In this document: positions 9,099 to 18,815 of the stretch, piece after piece
Layout of the letters: every line of letters starts with the position of its first letter
Numbering within the stretch: position 1 is the first letter of the stretch
From: a virus
Reading direction: 5' to 3' (one strand)
DNA length: 64,000 nucleotides
Virus record (IMG/VR): IMGVR_UViG_3300044635_002180
Coordinates: 52,216-116,215 of that record
Translations under genes and position numbers: made by a program
The notes under the pieces: model-generated
What the model was told of the DNA's origin: nothing
What the model saw: only the letters and a program-made list of their open reading frames with translations
Databases searched by the model: none

Positions 9099-10872
9099 TG
9101 TGTGTATTTATATACTCAAATACCATGTGTCCGCAGTCCCAGATTCTTCTCCAACCCCGCTGCATCATAATCTGCAATTCAGTTAATTTAGCATCATAGC
9201 CCTGTTTTACAAGTTTATGTTTTTGGAAATTAGATCTGTGCATCACTGTTTTTGTATCAGTGTACCAATAAGCAGCATTTGTCGTCTTAATATGTTTAAA
9301 TCCTAATGTGGTGTAAAACGAACCATCTTTGCAGTATCTTAAATCAGCATATGTTGTTACTTTTTCAACATTGTAATTTCTTAAAAAATGTTTGAACAGT
9401 TTAGATGCTCCACCAATTACAATTGTGTTGAGTTTGCAGCAAAATCTTATGAGCTCAAATGTTTTATTTCTTGTTATTTTGCGGTTACCAAACGTCATCA
9501 TTGCAACCATTTCTCCGTTATGCATTAAAGCTAGGGCAATCTGCGAATTATCATTGCCTTGAATGTGATTTGCATTTAAAAAATCTTTTTTTTGCATTTT
9601 TGTTGCTATTATTACTTTGCAGTTGCGTGCATATATTCTACTCTGCAATGCATTTAATCTACTTCGCAACATTGACTTAACAATTTCTTGCTTGTTTACC
9701 CATTCATTTTCAAAAATTTGAACTAAGTGTATATTATTTTGCATGCATAGCTTGCGCTTATTCAAATGCTTACATTTATTGTGTTGCTCCTCGTCAATGT
9801 TGTTGGGAAAATTGGAACCAAAGCTATGCCACAACAACCCATGAAATTCAATGCCCACATTTTTTTGTGGTATAAACACATCAATTTCTAATTTCTTGCT
9901 ACTTGTTAAACCTTTGTAAGAATTGACAACTTCTAAACTACAATCTTGCTGCAAAAAGTTCGCTACTTCTATTTCCAGCCTTGATGTACCTGTAGCTACA
10001 TTGTTGCATTTAGCACAAAAAACATCTTTCCAACGAGCATTTGTTAAGCGACGAAGCAGTATTGATCCACAGGCATTACATTTGAGGTGATACTCCTGTT
10101 GCTGATGGCTATTTACATCATTTAAAACAGAAAAATTTTGTTGCTCAACAGCATTTTTTATAATTTTTAATTTTGCTTTGTTTTTGTGCTGTTGTGAGCT
10201 TGAAGCATTATATCCCCTCAAAAAATTACAGTACTTTGCTTTTATGCTTGCATCATAACAACAAACAGCTGGTTGAGTGTTGTGATATAGCAAGTAGAAG
10301 CGTTCACTCCAATTAATGCTATCAATGTCTTCGTATAAAAGGTGGTGCTGTGTGTGTTGTAGTATGCTGCAGCAGACATCAACATTTTCTTTTAATATAG
10401 CAGTGTTAATAAACGCATGCAGTCTTCCATAATTTGTCTTTATTAATCTATCCTGTATAAATTCAAAACACTCACCACACTGCTTCAATATATATTCTTT
10501 GTTTTTGTAGATGTTAATGAAGTTTTGTTTGATACTATTTTTGGAAGCTTTTAGTTTTGCTGATAATTTATGTGCGTCAACTGTTTTTAGTCTTGCCCCA
10601 TTTTGCTTGCCTGATGCAATTGCAAATCTGTGCTTATTATTTAGCCATGACAGCGGCAGATTTGTTATTGGACAAATGGGTTGTTGTGTGATGTTGTTGG
10701 TGATGCAATATATGCGCGCAGCAATGCAGGCTCTATCATCTAAAAAATTTGTTGCTTTGATTATATCATTATATAGTTGTGATTTTTTGAACCACCCCTG
10801 CCTTATTACAGCAGCATTTAATTTACCACTTTTGTTGTAGAGCTGTGTCTTAATTTCGTCACATATTTGCAT
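9052..10872 (-). CDS. free-standing homing endonuclease (Hef/Vsr-like PD-(D/E)XK) with Zn ribbon and C-terminal GNAT-like domain
   Basis: 'SRLEIEVANFL..LEIDVFIP..GIEFHGLLWHS..QIFENEW'; CxxC pairs; 'ELIRFC..GGASKLF..TYADLRY..YTTLGF'; start refined to ATG 10872 by TAAATA-N5. Confidence 0.75.
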   Translation of the reverse strand: MQICDEIKTQLYNKSGKLNAAVIRQGWFKKSQLYNDIIKATNFLDDRACIAARIYCITNNITQQPICPITNLPLSWLNNKHRFAIASGKQNGARLKTVDAHKLSAKLKASKNSIKQNFINIYKNKEYILKQCGECFEFIQDRLIKTNYGRLHAFINTAILKENVDVCCSILQHTQHHLLYEDIDSINWSERFYLLYHNTQPAVCCYDASIKAKYCNFLRGYNASSSQQHKNKAKLKIIKNAVEQQNFSVLNDVNSHQQQEYHLKCNACGSILLRRLTNARWKDVFCAKCNNVATGTSRLEIEVANFLQQDCSLEVVNSYKGLTSSKKLEIDVFIPQKNVGIEFHGLLWHSFGSNFPNNIDEEQHNKCKHLNKRKLCMQNNIHLVQIFENEWVNKQEIVKSMLRSRLNALQSRIYARNCKVIIATKMQKKDFLNANHIQGNDNSQIALALMHNGEMVAMMTFGNRKITRNKTFELIRFCCKLNTIVIGGASKLFKHFLRNYNVEKVTTYADLRYCKDGSFYTTLGFKHIKTTNAAYWYTDTKTVMHRSNFQKHKLVKQGYDAKLTELQIMMQRGWRRIWDCGHMVFEYINTHNESQATIQAKFLQTC

Positions 10873-10914
10873 ATTACTATTTATCACATATTATAAAGAA
10901 ATCATAACGAAAGC

Positions 10915-10954
10915 AAAAAAAAAGGAGGAGTAGCGCAACGCTACTCCCCCTTTT
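10915..10954 (-). terminator. intrinsic terminator after the tail sheath gene
   Basis: 9-bp stem GGAGTAGCG/CGCTACTCC followed on the minus strand by T9. Confidence 0.85.
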
Positions 10955-10961
10955 AAGTAGC

Positions 10962-13370
10962 TTATCGCAATATTTCTTGGAAATTAGCACTAGTGCGCGT
11001 AGCATGGAAGTTTACCAAGATGAACTCTGCGGTGCGCACTGGCTTGATATATATATCAATAACCAATTCATTTGCATCAATGACAGAGGGCGGATTATTA
11101 CGGTCATCGCAAATCAACAAGTAATCATAAATGCCTTGATTGACTGTATTGGCTTTTGCAGCTTCAAATATTGGTGTTAAATCATCCACAACACGGGTGC
11201 GTGTGTACAATGAATTTGGCTCAAACACATAATAGCGTGCAATTGCTTTGGTTTGCTTCTCAAGCAAGATGAACAATCTACGAACATTCACTCGATCAAA
11301 AGCACTTGGAGTGCGCTGCATGGTTTTTTGACCATAAATTACAATGCCTTCTCTTACAAATTGCGCAATTGGATTTAGATTAAACTTATACAAGTCATCA
11401 CGCTGCTTTTGATTAGGCGCAATTGCAATGTCGTCAACGCCTTGCACCAAACCACGAGTGAAACCAGCAGGTGCAGACCAATAAGCAAAGTTTCTATCAG
11501 AACGTGCATAATCTGCTGCTACAATGCCAGAGAATGGCACCCACACATTGGTTTGTGAATAAGCATCATTAACACGAGCCCAGTTTGCATATGCTGCAGC
11601 ATAGCTTGTGTTAGCAAGCTCAAATTGATGGCGCAGTGGTGAGAACACGTGCTCAGACCAGCTCTTGGTTGAATCGCTGAGTGTTTTGGTGTTGTTGCCT
11701 GTTACAAGAATATGACGAATTGGATCAGCAATGAAGATGTGGTCCATTCTATCTTTTGCAAATTCAGCAAACAAGCTAAACACTGTGTTGTAGTTGCCTC
11801 TCAAGTCATATTTAGAATCACTTGGTGCAGTATAATTGAGAGTAGTTTGGAGATATCCAAGAGCAGTACTCAAATTGCTGTTCATGAGTGTATCATCATA
11901 ATATGCAACTCCTGCTGCGCACAATGTAGCATGAATTGTACCCAATCCTGCTTCAACAGTAACATCAAGATCATACAACTCATCATTTTCAACCAATTCA
12001 AGTGCACGTGTTATTTTGCCAGGAATGCTGCCAATGGTTTTGGTAGTTGGTGTAGGATCAATGTATGCACCAGCAGCCATGAGTACGTCAGCTGTACCGC
12101 TGAAGTTTGCAGCAAGAGCTGTTTGTGCAGCAGCATATGCACCATTGTTGAGCCCAATTGTTCCAGAGATTTGCTGAAACGTAGCAAGTGTGCTCAATTG
12201 TTTGGAAAGCTCATCTGTAAGCAATCTGATGCTCTTGGAAGGAATGCCATTTGCATCAAGCCATGTTGATGAGGTGCGGTTGGAGATGTAATCATTCACC
12301 ATCACTTTGATGTTGCGTGATGAATTTTCCACTTCTGTACCAATGAATGCAGAAACAATTGGACCACCATTCTCTGGAGTGCGCTGACGGTAGAAATCTA
12401 CGCTGCTTGCATATTTTTCTTCAAGAACATAATCAAGCATTGTTGTTTCTGGTGAGTAAATGCTTTGACGAAGCTTGAATACACCAAGTGTAAGATAATC
12501 ATTGAACTGATTTGTACCAATGTTGAATGATGCAGCATTTTCAAGCACTTGAGAAAGTGTTCCATTGGATGCTGCAGTTCCAGACAGTGCAAAGTTGAGT
12601 CTTGCAAGAGGGATTGTGGTGAGTACATCTGCACTTCCAGCTGTTCCTGCTGTGTTGACTGTAGCAGCAGTGATGATGCCATCAAAATCAGTGGCTGGAT
12701 TTGCATTGGAGTTGTCAATGACGCCAACATAATAGCCTTCATATCTATCATTGATGGTGGTTTGAGCATCATTAAAAATAACGATGCCGGCTTTGCCGAA
12801 ATCGCTAATGCTTGTAATGCTAGCAGCAGCACTACCAGTCATTGATGTTGTTGACCAGTTGAATGCCTCGCCATTGATGCATGAAAGATATTGTGCTTTG
12901 GTGAGTGTAAAATGCTTTGGCTTGCCAAGAACATATGCGTCAACACCAGATGCAGCAAGTGTATTTACAATGCCGCCTGTGCCAGAGATTGCAGAGGATG
13001 AAGATCCTGCAGCAGCAATGGTTACAGGATTGCCAGATACAGCAACCACGGGATAAACAACTGCGCTGTATTGAGAACCAAATCCATCACCATTGCCAGC
13101 ACCATATGGCAAGCGGTTTACTAAAATGCTTGCACCTGTTCCAATGAGTGGTTTTACAGAATAGTAAAAATAACGCTCTGCAGCATTGGTTGGTGTGCCG
13201 TAAATTTGTTCAAATTCAGAAAGTGAAGAGATGGAGATTACTTCATCAGTTGGACCTTTGCTAGCAAAGCCAGTGATGAATACATCAGTTCCAAAAACAT
13301 TTGCCTGAATTGCTGATTCATCGATTTCATTGATTTGTACCCCAGGGGAGTTGATAATTCTTGATGCCAT
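10962..13370 (-). CDS. gp18: tail sheath protein
   Basis: N-terminal 'SPGVQINEID..GFASKGP'; C-terminal 'WSAPAGFTRG..GQKT..SAFDRVNVRRLF..IKPVRTAEFI'. Confidence 0.95.
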   Translation of the reverse strand: MASRIINSPGVQINEIDESAIQANVFGTDVFITGFASKGPTDEVISISSLSEFEQIYGTPTNAAERYFYYSVKPLIGTGASILVNRLPYGAGNGDGFGSQYSAVVYPVVAVSGNPVTIAAAGSSSSAISGTGGIVNTLAASGVDAYVLGKPKHFTLTKAQYLSCINGEAFNWSTTSMTGSAAASITSISDFGKAGIVIFNDAQTTINDRYEGYYVGVIDNSNANPATDFDGIITAATVNTAGTAGSADVLTTIPLARLNFALSGTAASNGTLSQVLENAASFNIGTNQFNDYLTLGVFKLRQSIYSPETTMLDYVLEEKYASSVDFYRQRTPENGGPIVSAFIGTEVENSSRNIKVMVNDYISNRTSSTWLDANGIPSKSIRLLTDELSKQLSTLATFQQISGTIGLNNGAYAAAQTALAANFSGTADVLMAAGAYIDPTPTTKTIGSIPGKITRALELVENDELYDLDVTVEAGLGTIHATLCAAGVAYYDDTLMNSNLSTALGYLQTTLNYTAPSDSKYDLRGNYNTVFSLFAEFAKDRMDHIFIADPIRHILVTGNNTKTLSDSTKSWSEHVFSPLRHQFELANTSYAAAYANWARVNDAYSQTNVWVPFSGIVAADYARSDRNFAYWSAPAGFTRGLVQGVDDIAIAPNQKQRDDLYKFNLNPIAQFVREGIVIYGQKTMQRTPSAFDRVNVRRLFILLEKQTKAIARYYVFEPNSLYTRTRVVDDLTPIFEAAKANTVNQGIYDYLLICDDRNNPPSVIDANELVIDIYIKPVRTAEFILVNFHATRTSANFQEILR

Positions 13371-13375
13371 GCTTG

Positions 13376-13381
13376 TATTTA
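13376..13381 (-). promoter_or_regulatory. T4-type late promoter (TATAAATA) 5 nt before the sheath ATG; example of about 25 such sites
   Basis: CTATAAATAcaagcATG. Confidence 0.8.
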
Positions 13382-13401
13382 TAGAAAATCCAGCACCATT
13401 T

Positions 13402-13986
13402 TTATACTAGCGTGCATGTTATATTGGAAAAAACGAATTCAAAAGAGCTAGTTATTTCTTTGCTGTCTTGATAATTCCAATTTATGCTGCCTAATTTTGT
13501 TGGAAATGCATTGTGGTAATTAAATTTTACAATGTTGTTGTTGAATTCATCTTTTGCATACAATGTAAAAATTGTTGCATATTCATCAAGCACAGCGCCA
13601 TCTTTGGCCAGATTTCTTGCATTGATAATTTCGCCGGTGGCACCTTCTTTTTCATCTCTCATGGCATTAAGCCATTGATAAATCACCCAATAATTTGAAA
13701 ATTGATTATCAATGGTGAAATTTAATGTTGATGCTGGAAAAGAAGATCTGTTGTGTGAAGATACATAAATTGTGCTGCCTGCATAGCGCGTTTCAATGGC
13801 CGGCACTGTAATTTCAGGCACAACAACACCAAAAACAGAAAACTGCATGGATTCCAGGTTGATGGTGCGATTGTTGCGATTAAACTTATCATTGATGCTT
13901 TTTAGAGCAGGTGGCAAATTCAACACCATGGTGAATTTGTCAATGCGTGATTTGTTAAAGGGGGCTTGTTTGTTATCAATGCTCAT
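13402..13986 (-). CDS. tail completion / tube terminator (T4 gp3-like)
   Basis: 'LNFTIDNQFSNYWVIYQWL...FNYHNAFPTKLGSINW'; start refined to ATG 13986 by TAAATA-N5. Confidence 0.7.
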   Translation of the reverse strand: MSIDNKQAPFNKSRIDKFTMVLNLPPALKSINDKFNRNNRTINLESMQFSVFGVVVPEITVPAIETRYAGSTIYVSSHNRSSFPASTLNFTIDNQFSNYWVIYQWLNAMRDEKEGATGEIINARNLAKDGAVLDEYATIFTLYAKDEFNNNIVKFNYHNAFPTKLGSINWNYQDSKEITSSFEFVFSNITCTLV

Positions 13987-13994
13987 GTTGCTAT

Positions 13995-16763
13995 TTATAA
14001 GATTTCCCAACCTTGCAGTTCCATATCAGCTAAATCATCATCTTTGCTTGTTGTGGCGCCAAACGCAATGGGCAGCGTTGCTGAATCTTTGTAACGCTCT
14101 GCTGTCATCATTTCAAGCCATGCCCCTGGTGAATTTATGAGGCGGTCTTTTTTTGTAAAGTATGTGAGGCCAAAATCCATGGGTTTGAGCTTGCTGGGCT
14201 TGCCATTATCATCCGTTTCTTCCACTTCAAAGTATTGATTGCATATGCCAAATTGCTTGTCATTGTCTAAAATTACCAATGCCCACACCAATGCCATGAC
14301 ACAGTCATCTGTACCATTGCCACGAGCACTCCATGTGCCATTGGGTTTGCGTACAAAATCTTTGAGTTCTATGAGTGTGCTCATGTCATTGAATTTAACA
14401 CATTTGAGAACATTCACCCAATATCTCATGTTGAGCACACCACGTTGTTTGGTGTTGGTATGCGCAATTACACCCAAGAATTCTTTTTTGCGGCCAGCTA
14501 ATTCAGCACCATAACTCACAATGTTTTCGTAATTGTGATTGGCTCTCAAGTTTTCCACCACAATTTGTCCACAACTGTTGCGCTCAACCAACACAAGTGG
14601 TTTACCCCATTGCGTTAATACTTCATTTAACTTGACTGTAAACTGAGCTGGTGCAATTGCATTGTCTCTGTAGATGGCCACCTGTTCAATGTTGGTCAAA
14701 TCAGTTACATCCAAAATTTGTATCACTGAATAGTTTTGTCCTACACCCTCTGCCACATCAACACCGGCTATGTATATGCGATCTTCTTCTGGACTTCTCC
14801 AAATCTTGTATGATTCACCATCCAGCATAATTTCTGGATCGCTGCAATATTTTTTGAGTTTTTCAAAAGTTTCAATGTCAATGGATGATTCACCTTTGTG
14901 ATGAAAAGTGCAATTATATTCCTGCTCAAACGCTTCAATGCTGCCAATTTGTTTGATTTGACTTTGTTTCCACTTTTCATCTCGGCCTGGCACAGCATCC
15001 CATTTAATGGTCATGGTGCTGAAGTCATTTTGGCTTTTTATTGCTCCATCATACAGTTGATAGAACAAATTGTCTGTTCCATTGGGAGTAGATGCAATCA
15101 ATACTTTGGATGTTTTGGAGCGAGAAATTGTGGGCCACACAGAACGCCAAAAATCTTCCATGATGGATGGAGGATCAATGAAAGCCAACTCATCCAGCAG
15201 CAAAACGTTGAGGGATTGACCACGTGCAGCAGATCCGGTGGTGGTGGAAATACCAACACGAGATCCATTGTCTAATGTCATGCTGGTTTTTCCATATTCT
15301 TGCACACCAGGTTTGAGCCAGTTGGGCAACTGCTCGTATGCAAGTCGTACTCTTCTGAATATTTCAATGGCTGTGCTTTCTTTGTTTGCAACAATGAGAA
15401 TATTTTGATCTTGATTGAAGCTTGCTACCCACAATGCATATATGCAAAGTAGTGTTGTGTTGTGAGTGGGTATGTATTGCTTGCCGCAAAGGTATAGACT
15501 ATCCGGACTGTCCACAGTTATGCAGCGAACAGGCACTGATTCTATAACTTCCACACTTTTAATATAATGCCATTGCGATCTATATTTTGATTGAACAACT
15601 TGTGGTTTACATTTTATGCGCTGTTTCTTAAACGGTAAATTACAGACATATTCAATTGGCTTAAACGTAATACTCTTACACTCAGAGCATTTCACACCAT
15701 CTAATGTAGGGGTGTATTGTTTCGTTGTTACTTTATAACCAAGACTTTCAACTAACTCCTTAACTTGATCAACCAGCTTTAGATTAGTATTGTAAAACTG
15801 GCAAGTGCCATCAGGCATTATATATCCATCACTATCTACTAATCCCATGAGTAGTCTCAATCTTTGAGATCTAGAACTTCTCATATAAACTGCAGGTATG
15901 TGTTTATTATCTGTTAAGTTTTCCTTTTTAAGAATTGATGTTAGACTTTTTGTGTGTGGTGAATCATTTGAAGAAATTCTCAATGAAAAAACATCAGTAT
16001 TGTACTCATTAACAGTAAGTTTATCAAACTGTGCTTGATCGGCATTAAGTATTTTAACTATATCTTCTAAATCTCTCTTGCCTACAGTGATGTATCCTCC
16101 TGAGCTAGCACCATCGCCTAACCAAAGCCCCAAAACATATGGATCAATAGGCAGCATTTTTTCTTCACAATCAATTCCAGCTATGCACGTTGGAATTCTA
16201 TGGTTAGGCTCATTCCACTTTGTTTGTGTATTGAATATTTCTTGCGTTGTTTTAATAGATCCAGCAATCTTACCTCTTTCATTTTTTGCTTGTGTAAACC
16301 AAAGGTGATCTGCATCAGCAATAATAATTTCACCATTATCAAATGTTAATTTGAAGCATTTTCTATTGTATAATATATCATGTGCCATGGTGACATTACA
16401 TGTTTTTCCGTCTAAACCATAAACTTTATCACCGACTTTCAGTTCTCCCATAGTTGTCCATCCTGTTGGTGTAGGAATTGGTGTATCTAATGCAAGTGCC
16501 TTGCCCAACTGTCTAGATGTCAGCAGAATATTGTAGCGATTGTCTCGCAGCATTCTTAGTGCATCTTTTTGGTATTTGTACAACTCAATTATGACCCGCC
16601 CTTTGTCTGGATCAATGATGTAAAAATAATTTTCAGCAAAAAACAATAAATTCTGTGCGCACTTTTTTAAATCACGCACCATTTGCGGTGTATATTCATA
16701 TTCTGCTGTGCTGGTGGGCAGATTTGGGTTGTTGAGATAAAACTCTCTACTTTTTGATGGCAT
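13995..16763 (-). CDS. gp17: terminase large subunit with intein
   Basis: Walker A 'SRQLGK/TT' split by the intein; Walker B 'LLLDELAF'; 'ASTPNG'; nuclease motifs 'GVDVAEG' and 'DDCVMA'. Confidence 0.97.
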   Translation of the reverse strand: MPSKSREFYLNNPNLPTSTAEYEYTPQMVRDLKKCAQNLLFFAENYFYIIDPDKGRVIIELYKYQKDALRMLRDNRYNILLTSRQLGKALALDTPIPTPTGWTTMGELKVGDKVYGLDGKTCNVTMAHDILYNRKCFKLTFDNGEIIIADADHLWFTQAKNERGKIAGSIKTTQEIFNTQTKWNEPNHRIPTCIAGIDCEEKMLPIDPYVLGLWLGDGASSGGYITVGKRDLEDIVKILNADQAQFDKLTVNEYNTDVFSLRISSNDSPHTKSLTSILKKENLTDNKHIPAVYMRSSRSQRLRLLMGLVDSDGYIMPDGTCQFYNTNLKLVDQVKELVESLGYKVTTKQYTPTLDGVKCSECKSITFKPIEYVCNLPFKKQRIKCKPQVVQSKYRSQWHYIKSVEVIESVPVRCITVDSPDSLYLCGKQYIPTHNTTLLCIYALWVASFNQDQNILIVANKESTAIEIFRRVRLAYEQLPNWLKPGVQEYGKTSMTLDNGSRVGISTTTGSAARGQSLNVLLLDELAFIDPPSIMEDFWRSVWPTISRSKTSKVLIASTPNGTDNLFYQLYDGAIKSQNDFSTMTIKWDAVPGRDEKWKQSQIKQIGSIEAFEQEYNCTFHHKGESSIDIETFEKLKKYCSDPEIMLDGESYKIWRSPEEDRIYIAGVDVAEGVGQNYSVIQILDVTDLTNIEQVAIYRDNAIAPAQFTVKLNEVLTQWGKPLVLVERNSCGQIVVENLRANHNYENIVSYGAELAGRKKEFLGVIAHTNTKQRGVLNMRYWVNVLKCVKFNDMSTLIELKDFVRKPNGTWSARGNGTDDCVMALVWALVILDNDKQFGICNQYFEVEETDDNGKPSKLKPMDFGLTYFTKKDRLINSPGAWLEMMTAERYKDSATLPIAFGATTSKDDDLADMELQGWEIL
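15459..16499 (-). mobile_element. class 3 intein (347 aa) with LAGLIDADG homing endonuclease, inserted in the TerL Walker A motif
   Basis: starts 'ALALDTPIPTPTGW', ends 'IPTHN|T'; WCT signature (HLW, VRCITVD, THN); endonuclease motifs 'LGLWLGDG' and 'LMGLVDSDG'. Confidence 0.93.
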
Positions 16764-16798
16764 GCATGTTTATTTACATGATGTACATAAATAATCGC

Positions 16799-17593
16799 AT
16801 GCAACACAAAAAAGCTAAAAAGCCTATGATGGGTAACAAGCGCGGCAAAGGTGCACAAAATTTGCCACTCATGAAATCAAAAAAACCACTTGCCTCAACA
16901 GAAGCAATGGCATTTGACAAGCGCGGAGGTCCTGAACATGTGCAAGGCCTGAACAAAGCAATTGAGCCAACCAGCAAAAAAAATCTTTATTCTCCTGAAA
17001 AATTTTCTTTAGGAGTTGAAAAAGCTAATATCACAGCACTAAATAGAAGTATGACTAACAAATCTGCTTTTGATACTCTTTACGAAGAAGTTATGGACAA
17101 TCCCGCTGATCTCGGCGCCGAACATGAAGATCTTGATGCTCTTGATGTTGATACAGACTCACCTGATGATGACATGGGTGGAGACGAAATTACCATCACA
17201 TTGTCACGCGAACTTGCTCAACAACTTCATGATGCCATCATGGGTCAACTTGAGAGTGGCATGGAAGATGAAATGTCAGATGAAGAACTTGGTGCAGAAG
17301 ATCTTGGCGCAGACATGGGCGATGAAGGTGATGATGAAGATACATTCCCTGAAAGTGTAACTGTTGAGCCAGAACCAAAGCCACTTGGCAACAGAGGCCA
17401 TAAGCTCATGAGCAAAGGCAGCATGAAGGCTGGTGGTACAGTAACTGGCAAATCTGGTGGCAAGCCTGCTACAACTGGAGCCAAAATTACTCTTCAGTCA
17501 GAGCCCAAGGAGCTCAAGCACACAGTCAATGACGGCAAAGGCGGCAAAATGAAAGTCGGTAATTTGCAGCAAGGCAAGAGCCTTTTTGATTGA
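16799..17593 (+). CDS. low-complexity protein with basic ends and acidic middle, possible internal head/core protein
   Basis: TAAATA-N5-ATG at 16799, second in-frame TAAATA-N5-ATG at 17051; ends at a terminator. Confidence 0.6.
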   Translation: MQHKKAKKPMMGNKRGKGAQNLPLMKSKKPLASTEAMAFDKRGGPEHVQGLNKAIEPTSKKNLYSPEKFSLGVEKANITALNRSMTNKSAFDTLYEEVMDNPADLGAEHEDLDALDVDTDSPDDDMGGDEITITLSRELAQQLHDAIMGQLESGMEDEMSDEELGAEDLGADMGDEGDDEDTFPESVTVEPEPKPLGNRGHKLMSKGSMKAGGTVTGKSGGKPATTGAKITLQSEPKELKHTVNDGKGGKMKVGNLQQGKSLFD

Positions 17594-17610
17594 TCAATTA
17601 AACAATAAAT

Positions 17611-17644
17611 AAAAAAAAGCGGAGATTTTTCTCCGCTTTTTTTT
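17611..17644. terminator. bidirectional intrinsic terminator
   Basis: A8-GCGGAGA-TTTT-TCTCCGC-T8 between convergent genes. Confidence 0.9.
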
Positions 17645-17660
17645 GTGTTTTTTTTATTTT

Positions 17661-18089
17661 TTAAATTGATAGCGTTGAGCTGCTATAATAATCATCCTCT
17701 GATGGAAGACTGCGCAGAAAATTATTAGCCACATCAACAGCGTTGATTTCGCTGATCAAATACTGAGGAGATTTAAAATGCTCTTCATAGTTGATTTTAC
17801 CACCGCCAATTACATTGCTAGCAGCACACTCTACATCATACAAATTATATGTTTTAGTGTCATCCTGAATATGCTGCCAGTTCTTAAACTCATTTACAAG
17901 ATTAAGAGCATAAAATGTTGCTATGCGCTTGTTGATATCAGCAGATCTTGGTGACATCTGCATCATGAGGTCACCTTTAACTACTGGGGCATCCTGACGC
18001 TCAGGCCAATTGATGCTATCTATTACTCTCCAAAATTCGTTGATCTGATCTTTGGAGAAACGACTTGCGGCGCTACTATGTATTTGCAT
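17661..18089 (-). CDS. hypothetical protein
   Basis: 142 aa ORF overlapping the upstream exonuclease stop. Confidence 0.6.
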   Translation of the reverse strand: MQIHSSAASRFSKDQINEFWRVIDSINWPERQDAPVVKGDLMMQMSPRSADINKRIATFYALNLVNEFKNWQHIQDDTKTYNLYDVECAASNVIGGGKINYEEHFKSPQYLISEINAVDVANNFLRSLPSEDDYYSSSTLSI

Positions 18090-18786
18090 TTTGTATTTGT
18101 GTTTTTCTTAGTTGAAAGAGTTTTTCAATGGTATCTTTGCAGTAAATGATGGGAATTTCCCGCCAATATTTAGTATTGTTGTAAGAATTTGTTGTCAAAT
18201 AAAGGATCTTCATGCCTTTGCAATGTTTGCCTGTTGCTTGCTGCATCATGTATGCATAAGTGGATAATTGCAATGTGTAGATGTTGTATTCACAATAATC
18301 TAAGAAGTTGAGAGGTTCAAGTAATTTTTCTCCAAAATCATTACTAAACTTGAACTTTTTGTTGGTTTTAAAATCCATCACAAAAAATTCAGCATCATTT
18401 TCAAGAATTAAATCTGCTGTGCCTGCAATGCGAGCACCATCATTCCAAAGCAAACACTCTGCTTTCTTTTGCTTGCTTTTAAAGCCTTCACCTGCTTTAT
18501 TGAGACTTTTGATGAGGTCATTATATTCCTCAGCCACTTCACCGTATTTGATGTAGTCTTCCATGGCTTTGTGATAATTTTTGCCTTTTTCTTGTGCTTC
18601 AACTGTTATGGTCTTCCACAAGTTTTTGATGGCCTCTGGGGTGGTATCGTTCTTTTCAGCAACTCTTGCTGCATGTGCATCAGTATCAAATGGCTTTTTA
18701 AATGTGTTTAAAAAAGTCGTTACACTGATGTACTCCACATCAAATGCATTATAGTATTTGTGATTGACCTCGTCAAATTTGATCAT
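18076..18786 (-). CDS. PD-(D/E)XK exonuclease (Cas4/RecB-like phage exonuclease)
   Basis: 'SVTTFL..GKNYH..IAGTADLI..MDFKTN..LQLSTYAYM'; start refined to ATG 18786. Confidence 0.85.
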   Translation of the reverse strand: MIKFDEVNHKYYNAFDVEYISVTTFLNTFKKPFDTDAHAARVAEKNDTTPEAIKNLWKTITVEAQEKGKNYHKAMEDYIKYGEVAEEYNDLIKSLNKAGEGFKSKQKKAECLLWNDGARIAGTADLILENDAEFFVMDFKTNKKFKFSNDFGEKLLEPLNFLDYCEYNIYTLQLSTYAYMMQQATGKHCKGMKILYLTTNSYNNTKYWREIPIIYCKDTIEKLFQLRKTQIQNANT

Positions 18787-18815
18787 TTGTAAATGTAAAT
18801 GATGATCTTTAAAAA

